Assembly: GCF_001564455.1 (NCBI RefSeq)
Contig: NZ_CP011391.1
Location: 2,190,001 to 2,222,000, forward strand
Direction of reading: 5' to 3'
DNA from: Faecalibaculum rodentium
GTDB lineage: Bacteria; Bacillota_I; Bacilli_A; Erysipelotrichales; Erysipelotrichaceae
Length of the DNA: 32,000 nt
Shown piece by piece: positions 16,779 through 23,171 of this stretch. The notes under the pieces are model-generated. The model searched no databases. It was given only the letters and a program-made list of their open reading frames with translations, and was not told the DNA's origin. How positions within the stretch are numbered: position 1 is the first letter of the stretch; the number at the start of each line of letters is the position of its first letter. The position numbers were made by a program, and so were the translations under genes.

Positions 16779-18683
16779 ATGCTGACTCAGCCACGCCTGA
16801 AAGAAATACTCCAGCTGCTCCTGCATCCGCCTTTGTACACCGCCGACCAGCTCGCACAGAGATTCGGAGTCACGGTCCGAACCATCCGCTCCGATATCCA
16901 GGCCCTGAACCGCCTGATCCAGGGAGCTTCCATTCACCTGCGACGGTCAAAAGGCTATGAGCTTGTCGTCTGTGATCCGGAACGCTTTGAAACCTGGCGC
17001 AAGCAGGCCACATCCCCCGACTGGACCCTGACACTGGATTCCATGGAAGACCGGCAGCGCTATCTGCTTTCGATCCTGCTCATCGATTCCTCCTGGCAGG
17101 ACCCGGATGACCTGGCAGACATGATTTATGTCTCCCGCAACACCATTCAGGGCTACCTGCGCACCATCCGCACCATCTGTGCCGCCCATGGTCTTTCCTA
17201 TGAAAGCGGGGGCCAGCAGGGTGTGCGCATCACGGGTCCCGAAGACAAACGGCGGGACTGTCTTTGCCAGGAGGTCCTGGACCGGAACCTCACAGACTAC
17301 GTCACTGGGTTCTCACCTCTGGAAAAGCGGCTGTTCGAGCGCACTGACCTGGACATGCTCTCCCGCATCATTTACAGCCAGCTGCAGAACACCCAGCTGT
17401 CCTGCTCCGACTACGCCCTGAAAAATCTGATCCTCCATGCCGCCCTGATGATCGAACGGATCCAGGCCGGAGGCATCCTGCCACCCCGGCAGGCAGCCAT
17501 ACTGCCGGCGGAAGTCACGCTGGCTGCCGAACGCATCTGCCGGGACATCAGCGAGGCGGAAGAGCTGGAGATCCCGGAAAGCGAACGGGACTCCATGAGC
17601 CTGCACATTGCCCTGAACACAAGACTGTCCGGGGTATCGGAAAGCGAGGATCTGCGCCAGGCTGTCCGAAAGCTGCTGGACCACATCTGGACCGTATGGC
17701 GTTTCGACCTGCGAAACGATCCGGTGCTGCAGAAGGATCTTTACAATCACCTGTTCAGCATCTTCAAAGCCAGAAGAAGCCAGCAGCATCACCCCAACCC
17801 GCTGCTGAATACCATCCGCAACAGCTTTCCTCTGGCCTATGACATTTCGCTGGACGCAGTCAGCCATGTTTTCCAGGAACCCGCTTTTTCCGAAGACGAA
17901 GTCGGCTACATCTCCCTGCACATCGGAGCAGCCGTGGAACGCTGTTATTCCGGCCAGCTCAAACCCGCCAGAGTCTGGCTGGTCTGCGGCTCAGGCATGG
18001 CGACCTCCCGTATGCTGGAAGCCCGCCTGAAGTCCTATTTCCAGACAAAACTGGACATCCTAGGCACCCTTTCCTACCAGCAGTACCTGAAGAATACAGA
18101 TGAACAGCTCGGTGAAGCGGATTTTCTGATCTCCACCGTCCCCTTGCTCGACCGCGGCATCCCCTTTGTGGAAGTGGACTTCTCTCTGACCAGGGACAAT
18201 GCGGAAAACGTCACCCGCATGCTGTCTCCCGTCAGGAATCAGTCAGACGGGCCCGCCCGGTTCTTCCAGGAAAACCTGTTTGTCCGCTTCGACGATCCCG
18301 TTACCAAGGACCAGGTGCTGGATGAACTCTGCAGCCGGCTCACCACCGCAGGGATCTCTGGACCAGACCTGAGAGAATCGGTACGGAAACGCGAAGAAAT
18401 CTCCCATACCAACCTCAACGACATCTTTGCGATCCCCCACCCCATGACCCCGGAGGCATCCCGGACACGGGCAGCCGTGGCTGTCCTGAATCATCCCGTG
18501 GTCTGGAATGACAAAGGAAGTGCCGTGCAGATCGTGTTCCTGCTGGCCTTCTGCAAAGGAGAGCAGCAGAGCATCGAACGGCTCTATGACTATCTCCTGG
18601 AAATCGTCCAGTCCGTCCCGCTCCAGCAGTCCATACTCAAAGCCGGGACCTTCGAAGAATTCCAAACGCTGTGCCTGAAGTGA
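16779..18683 (+). CDS. PRD-domain transcriptional regulator (BglG/MtlR/ManR-type: HTH, two PRDs, EIIB-like and EIIA-like domains)
   Basis: N-terminal HTH (YTADQLAQRFGVTVRTIRSDIQALN). PRD histidines (LILHAALMIERI, SLHIALNT, ISLHIGAAVER). EIIB(Gat)-like VWLVCGSGMATSRMLEARL. C-terminal EIIA-like IFAIPHPM. Start at ATG 16779 (RBS AAAGGAGGtccccATG). Confidence 0.88.
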   Translation: MLTQPRLKEILQLLLHPPLYTADQLAQRFGVTVRTIRSDIQALNRLIQGASIHLRRSKGYELVVCDPERFETWRKQATSPDWTLTLDSMEDRQRYLLSILLIDSSWQDPDDLADMIYVSRNTIQGYLRTIRTICAAHGLSYESGGQQGVRITGPEDKRRDCLCQEVLDRNLTDYVTGFSPLEKRLFERTDLDMLSRIIYSQLQNTQLSCSDYALKNLILHAALMIERIQAGGILPPRQAAILPAEVTLAAERICRDISEAEELEIPESERDSMSLHIALNTRLSGVSESEDLRQAVRKLLDHIWTVWRFDLRNDPVLQKDLYNHLFSIFKARRSQQHHPNPLLNTIRNSFPLAYDISLDAVSHVFQEPAFSEDEVGYISLHIGAAVERCYSGQLKPARVWLVCGSGMATSRMLEARLKSYFQTKLDILGTLSYQQYLKNTDEQLGEADFLISTVPLLDRGIPFVEVDFSLTRDNAENVTRMLSPVRNQSDGPARFFQENLFVRFDDPVTKDQVLDELCSRLTTAGISGPDLRESVRKREEISHTNLNDIFAIPHPMTPEASRTRAAVAVLNHPVVWNDKGSAVQIVFLLAFCKGEQQSIERLYDYLLEIVQSVPLQQSILKAGTFEEFQTLCLK

Positions 18684-18796
18684 TCAGGAAACTGAAAATG
18701 CCGCATGGTTCTCAGAAGCCATGCGGTATTTTTCTGGCGATGATGGCTGACGCCATGTGCCGGGGCGTGCAGGTAAAGGGGGAAAAGCGGGCAAAT

Positions 18797-18826
18797 ACAA
18801 AAAACCTCCGGATGTATATCCGGAGG
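18797..18826 (-). terminator. Intrinsic terminator of tRNA operon copy 2 (may also stop the convergent regulator gene)
   Basis: Minus strand: CCTCCGG-atatacat-CCGGAGG followed by TTTTTTG. Confidence 0.75.
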
Positions 18827-18839
18827 ACTGCTTTTGAAA

Positions 18840-18915
18840 TGGTGGAGCGTAGGAGGATCGAACTCCTGACCCCCTGCGTGCAAAGCAGGTGCTCTCCCAG
18901 CTGAGCTAACACCCC
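18840..18915 (-). tRNA. tRNA-Ala (UGC), second identical copy
   Basis: Base-for-base identical to 6027..6102. Confidence 0.97.
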
Positions 18916-18931
18916 ACAACAATAAAACAGA

Positions 18932-19008
<77 letters not shown>

Positions 19009-19027
19009 ATCTGTTGACTGCCCATTG

Positions 19028-19057
19028 ATATTAACACATCATCCCGTTTCTGTGCAA
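19028..19057 (-). promoter_or_regulatory. Promoter of tRNA Ile-Ala operon copy 2
   Basis: Minus strand: TTGCAC (19057..19052), 18 nt spacer, TGtTAATAT (19033..19028). An AT-rich stretch (aaattttct) lies upstream. Confidence 0.6.
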
Positions 19058-19307
19058 CAGAAAATTTCTTGTATTCTGACTATCTGGAATGAAAGACGGC
19101 TCTTGTCGATACTTTTATGCCATCTTTCCCGTCCCAACTCTTCAATTTGCATTTTTATTCGAAAATTTTCCGCTGATCCCCTGTATCCTCATCCACAGCA
19201 TTGTTATAATTTTACTGCAGTCATCAAAACGCTGATGTGCCTGTTTCACCCTGATTCGAGGACCCTGTTCCAACCTGGCCTGTCATACAGACTGGGAAGG
19301 AGGAACA

Positions 19308-19409
19308 ATGGATCTTTATATGATTCTCCAGTTGCTGGCAAACCTGTGTGTCATCACAGAATTTGTCAGACCGCTGGTGGGGACTTTTTTCCCTGTAAAA
19401 TCAACGTAA
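19308..19409 (+). CDS. Candidate 33-codon hydrophobic peptide (below the ORF-track size cutoff)
   Basis: My translation is MDLYMILQLLANLCVITEFVRPLVGTFFPVKST. RBS GGAAGGAGGaacaATG. A TGtTATAAT extended -10 lies at 19202..19210, about 100 nt upstream. No homology evidence. Confidence 0.3.
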   Translation: MDLYMILQLLANLCVITEFVRPLVGTFFPVKST

Positions 19410-19474
19410 CTTTCCAGGTCTCGATCATCCGAATAGAGTAGAGGGGAAATTCAGTGATTTCCGCCCCTCTCGTT

Positions 19475-19505
19475 GAACCGTACGTACGGATCTCGTATAC
19501 GGCTC
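19475..19505 (-). other. Group II intron domain V
   Basis: Minus strand GAGCCGTATacgagatccgtacGTACGGTTC matches the conserved domain V helix and its AGC catalytic triad context. Confidence 0.85.
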
Positions 19506-19542
19506 TACAGTTATATTGCCCTTGCGGGCATTCATGAATTTG

Positions 19543-20856
19543 CTATGATTTATTCTGTAAGTTCAGGTAACACCCGACCGGGTCGATCAGACCCGGTCGT
19601 TCTTTTTCCTTGTTGGGTAACGCAAGAACCTTTGGTGATAAGATGAAATTCACAGTCCTCCACCCAGTAGTTCGCCACAGGCCAAGTCTCGAGTTGGCAG
19701 TCTGCCGTATCTCTTCCTTGGAAAATCCCGTTTTGAACTGCTTGTTCAGAATCATGAGATTCTTGAAGAGCGTTTTCGGTCTTTTCCATTGCTTAAAGAT
19801 CACTACCCGAATTTTGTGTCTTAGCCACTGTCCAAATTCTATTAAGAATCTTTTCATGGAACCAATACTGAAATAGTTGATCCATCCTCTGACTTTCTGA
19901 TTAACTTTCGTAAACAGATCGGATAAAGGCATGGCAGCGGCTTTCCGACGGCACAGGAGCTCTTTCATATTCTTATAGAGTCTCTGTTTTCTGTCGTTTG
20001 CCGGCTTGCACTTCCATCCGTCTCTACCCTTCCAGAAAGTGAATCCAAGGAATGTACTTTCAGGTGGTCTGACTACATGCGTTTTGGTTGGCGAAACCTT
20101 CAGGAACAGTTTCCGTTCGAGCCAAGAGGATACAGATCTCATTACCCGGTCGGCGGCCATCTCACTTCGGCAGTAGATCGTGACATCGTCAGCGTATCTG
20201 ACAAATCTCAATCCTCTGTTTTCAAGTTCCTTGTCAAATACATCCAGATAGATGTTGGCAAGGAGCGGCGAAATATTACCACCTTGGGGCGTCCCTAGGT
20301 CATTTCTATTCAGTTTCCCCTCTTCCATGACTCCGGCTTTAAGAAAAGAACGGATCAGGTGAAGGGTCTCCTTTTCATTGACCTTCAGGCGAATGATCGA
20401 GATCAGTTTGTCGTGGTTGACCATATCAAAGAACTTTTCAATGTCCAGGTCCACGACCCACTCATATCCTTCGTTGAGATATTCCAGAGTTCGCTCGATG
20501 GCCTGATGGGCGCTTCGACCTTCTCTGAATCCAAAACTGCTGTCACTGAACGTGGAATCAAATATCGGATAAAGTATCTGATACGTAGCCTGCTGGACGA
20601 CCCTGTCTACGACAGTCGGGATGCCCAAGGGCCTCTTTTTCCCATTTGGCTTGGGAATATAGGCTCTGCGGACAGGACTGGGCTTATATTTCATTTCCCG
20701 GATTTGTTCTGCAAGTTCATCCCCATTCACCTCCATCCATGCTCTGATCTCATCAACGGGCATGTCATCGATTCCCGCTGAACCGCGGTTTGACACTACC
20801 TTTCTGATGGCCTTCTCCATGTTGGAGGATTCCAGAATCAAATCTGACAATCTCAT
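19543..20856 (-). CDS. Group II intron reverse transcriptase/maturase (no endonuclease domain)
   Basis: 437 aa. RT blocks KPNGKKRPLGIPTVVDRVVQQA, FGFREGRSAHQA, GTPQGGNISPLLANIYL, VRYADDVTIY (YADD). A maturase X domain follows. There is no C-terminal HNH/CxxC, as expected for class C. Confidence 0.93.
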   Translation of the reverse strand: MRLSDLILESSNMEKAIRKVVSNRGSAGIDDMPVDEIRAWMEVNGDELAEQIREMKYKPSPVRRAYIPKPNGKKRPLGIPTVVDRVVQQATYQILYPIFDSTFSDSSFGFREGRSAHQAIERTLEYLNEGYEWVVDLDIEKFFDMVNHDKLISIIRLKVNEKETLHLIRSFLKAGVMEEGKLNRNDLGTPQGGNISPLLANIYLDVFDKELENRGLRFVRYADDVTIYCRSEMAADRVMRSVSSWLERKLFLKVSPTKTHVVRPPESTFLGFTFWKGRDGWKCKPANDRKQRLYKNMKELLCRRKAAAMPLSDLFTKVNQKVRGWINYFSIGSMKRFLIEFGQWLRHKIRVVIFKQWKRPKTLFKNLMILNKQFKTGFSKEEIRQTANSRLGLWRTTGWRTVNFILSPKVLALPNKEKERPGLIDPVGCYLNLQNKS

Positions 20857-21393
20857 TTTGCGTTTCCTTCTTTCTTACAGAGACTCCCTGACCGTCCCCA
20901 TCCATTTCACCGGCTCCGGTTACGATCCTTCACCTTATGACTATTCTGACTTTCGGACTGCAGGGTAATTACTCAAAAGCGATTCGCTCACTATAACCGG
21001 CAGGAGCCTTCAGTATTACTACCTACTATGCTCCGCTCTGACTTCTCGCAGTAAACATTTTCGGACCGTATGCCACTGGCACCACCATCGCTGTTTTTAA
21101 AGCTTATTGGACTGACGTCTGCGAGATCTCTCGGGGTAAGGCACACATCTTTCTCTGCACAACCTCCTGATTTACCGTCTTGGTTTTACGTTTGCCTTTT
21201 GGGCTTTGGTTTGTGTTGCAACCTCACCCGCCATTTGGCCTTGTATCAGGTTTCTGTTCGTAGGCTCGTCAGATTGGCTACACCGCTTCTTCCATCCCAG
21301 CCTCGCGGCTTTCGACTTGCGGTTCACTACACTTGGCGGCAAATACCCGTGACCGGACTTTCACCGGCTAGATGTGCGTCATGCCCGACACAC

Positions 21394-21496
21394 AACAAAA
21401 AGCACGATCAGTGTTCCCGCACCGACCGTGCCTTGGATGATCGCTAGACCATCTAGTGTTCGTTAAACAGCACATCGGTTGATGACCGCTGTCTGT
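21394..21496 (-). ncRNA. Putative ~100 nt small RNA, copy A (promoter to terminator unit)
   Basis: Minus strand: TTGCAA (21530..21525), 16 nt spacer, perfect TATAAT (21508..21503). A ~100 nt segment with no ORF follows, then the terminator GCACGGTCGGTG-cgggaa-CACTGATCGTGC and TTTTTGTT (21431..21394). A second, ~90% identical copy lies 325 bp away. I recognise no Rfam family. Confidence 0.35.
21397..21431 (-). terminator. Intrinsic terminator used as the group IIC intron insertion site
   Basis: 12 bp stem (two G-U pairs), 6 nt loop and a T-run. The intron's GTGTG starts 8 nt after the stem. Confidence 0.75.
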
Positions 21497-21615
21497 ACTT
21501 ACATTATAGGCTATCCGGCTTATCTTGCAAGAACCAGACCAGGCCATCAGGTTCCTCGAATCAGATGGCTTCCCGGGGTTTGTCAGTCATGGCAGACCCC
21601 GTTTTTGCTGCAAAC

Positions 21616-21717
21616 CAAAACAACCCACCGCACATAATCGTGACCTCTATTCACAGACAGCAGCTCTCCGCCAGCGGGTTTGATGAGCAGTCCTCGACTG
21701 CCCATCAAACTGGCTGG
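21616..21717. repeat. Repeat module H, copy 1 (conserved ~55 nt arm plus 47 nt long hairpin)
   Basis: The 47 nt hairpin at 21671..21717 is CCAGCGGGTTTGATGAGCAGTC-ctc-GACTGCCCATCAAACTGGCTGG. It is preceded by CAAAACAACCCACCGCAC... Closely similar to 21958..22055. Confidence 0.8.
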
Positions 21718-21720
21718 CGA

Positions 21721-21823
21721 AACAAAAAGCACGATCAGTGTAGCAGCAACGACCGTGCTCTGGATGATTGCTGGACCACCTGGTGTTCGTTAAACAGCAC
21801 ATCGGTTGATGACCGCTGTCTGT
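21721..21823 (-). ncRNA. Putative ~100 nt small RNA, copy B
   Basis: About 90% identical to copy A across 21721..21832. It has its own terminator (21724..21758, one extra mismatch). The -10 is weaker (TACAGT at 21833..21828) and the -35 is poor. Confidence 0.25.
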
Positions 21824-21957
21824 ACTTACTGTATCCCTCAGCCAGTTGTCGGGACAACTCTAAGTTATTCAGACAACCCGCTGAGGTTTTTCGATTTCGC
21901 CAGCATTCCAGAAACCTGCCCCTGCAAGCTGCCAGGAATCAAAGTTCCCTGATTACT

Positions 21958-22055
21958 CAAAACAATCCACCGCACCTGATCCTAACCTCTGTTATCAGGA
22001 TCTGCTCTTGCCAGCGGGTTTGATGAGCAGTCTTCGACTGCCCATCAAACTGGCT
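21958..22055. repeat. Repeat module H, copy 2
   Basis: The 47 nt hairpin at 22009..22055 differs from copy 1 at one loop position. It begins 12 nt after the asparaginase stop codon (on the minus strand) and is not followed by a U-tract. Confidence 0.8.
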
Positions 22056-22067
22056 GGTGGCTGCTGC

Positions 22068-23054
22068 TCAATACACCCGGAAATCCTCCTGGATCTCCTC
22101 CATCGACTCCCCTTTTTTCAGCCCCAGCATCAGCAGAAGCCTTGCCTTGTGCGGCATCAGATCATACGCCGCAATGGTCTTTTCCTTCGGGTCAAATACC
22201 GCATCCGGTATGGCCTCTCCCTCCGGCAAACGGCTTGCGCGCACGATCATACAGTCTCCATCCCAGGCCTCGATCACATCCTGCACCGCCTTCGGGTAAT
22301 TCCCGGCCCCCGTGCCAGCAATCACCACGCCATCATAGCTCTCCAGCATGTATCGCAGCAAGCCCGGATCTGACTCCTCATGCACATAGAAAATCTCCAC
22401 CCGGGGCATATCTCTCAAGTCCACATCATTGAACCTTGATTTACTCGTGTGAAACCGGTACGCCCGGTGAATCAGCGAAACCGTCCTGTCCCGGACATAT
22501 CCCAGAAGCCCGAACTCATTTTGCCGGAAGGCATCTGTGCTCATGGAATCCGTCTTCTTCACATCCCGACCCGCGAACACCATATTCGAGAACACCGCCA
22601 GTACACCCATGCCCCTGGCACTATCATCCGCCGCCAGGCGAACAGCCTGCATCAGATTCGCCGGACCGTCCGCGCTCGTTGCCGTCGCCGGCCGCATAGC
22701 CCCCGTGATCACCACCGGCTTCGTCACATCCAGCACCAGATTCAACAAAAACGCCGTCTCCTCCAGCGTATCCGTCCCATGGGTGATCACCACGCCATCC
22801 ACCGACGGATCCGCCTCCAGCTGCTCCACCAGGTTCTTCACCTCACGGTAGGCCCCGAACGTGATGTCATTGGAATCCACCTGACACACCGTGTGCATCT
22901 CCAGATCCGCGATTTCCCCCAGACCCGGAACCGAACTCACCACTTCCTCTACCGGCAGTTCCCCCGCCCGGTACCCCGCGGCATCCCCCGCCGGACCGGT
23001 GCCCGCAATCGTACCCCCGGTGGCGATCACCGCGATTTTCTTCTTTTCCGCCAT
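22068..23054 (-). CDS. ansA: L-asparaginase (cytoplasmic type I-like)
   Basis: KKKIAVIATGGTIAG (catalytic Thr motif) and VVITHGTDTLEETAF. No signal peptide. Start placed at ATG 23054 (AGAGGatcatATG). Confidence 0.88.
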   Translation of the reverse strand: MAEKKKIAVIATGGTIAGTGPAGDAAGYRAGELPVEEVVSSVPGLGEIADLEMHTVCQVDSNDITFGAYREVKNLVEQLEADPSVDGVVITHGTDTLEETAFLLNLVLDVTKPVVITGAMRPATATSADGPANLMQAVRLAADDSARGMGVLAVFSNMVFAGRDVKKTDSMSTDAFRQNEFGLLGYVRDRTVSLIHRAYRFHTSKSRFNDVDLRDMPRVEIFYVHEESDPGLLRYMLESYDGVVIAGTGAGNYPKAVQDVIEAWDGDCMIVRASRLPEGEAIPDAVFDPKEKTIAAYDLMPHKARLLLMLGLKKGESMEEIQEDFRVY

Positions 23055-23171
23055 ATGATCCTCTCTTCCACGCCTCAAGCCAGACGCCCTGACATCCGGC
23101 TGTGCCCGAACCAGGTTCTTCCGTATAGCTTGTACATCTGCTCCGCATCCTGCCCCTGCCTGCAGCCGGTT

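Larger units (their letters stand above)
19433..21393 (-). mobile_element. Group II intron, class C (IIC)-like, full length (~1.96 kb) with intron-encoded RT/maturase
   Basis: The 5' end GTGTGTCGGGCATGACGCACATCTAGCCGGTGAAAGTCCGG parallels the IIC 5' end I recall from Oceanobacillus iheyensis (GUGUGCCCGGCAUGGGUGCAGUCUAUAGGGUGAGAGUCCC). Domain V lies at 19475..19505, followed by a domain VI hairpin with ...CCCCTCTACTCTAT at the 3' end. Insertion is immediately after a terminator hairpin plus T-run. The boundaries are supported by the uninterrupted paralogous site at 21718..21728. Confidence 0.88.

Noticed and set aside
19433-21393. The RT gene considered as a retron or a defence-associated RT.
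   Set aside because: A canonical group II domain V, domain VI, a GUGUG 5' end and a maturase X domain are all present. No msr/msd-like inverted repeats or effector gene are seen.
21394-21510. The ~100 nt repeated RNA considered as SRP (4.5S) RNA because of GTGCTGTTTAAC...CCAGG-like strings.
   Set aside because: It lacks the GNAR tetraloop and the conserved GGAAGCAGCC/AGGUC symmetric-loop sequences. A duplicated, 10% diverged pair also does not fit a single-copy essential RNA.
21671-21717. The 47 nt hairpins considered as integron attC sites, since some group IIC introns target attC.
   Set aside because: The inverted-repeat cores run GTTTGATG...CATCAAAC. That is the opposite order to attC (RYYYAAC ... 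GTTRRRY). No extrahelical-base pattern or integrase gene is present, and the intron is inserted at the terminator, not at this hairpin.
21565-22023. A 152 aa plus-strand ORF (and 21070..21447, 125 aa) with internally repeated peptide strings (QNNPPH.I.TS, NKKHDQCS..DRALDD).
   Set aside because: The peptide repeats are just the DNA repeats read in an arbitrary frame. One copy is cut by a stop, there is no RBS, and 21070..21447 lies inside the group II intron's domain I.
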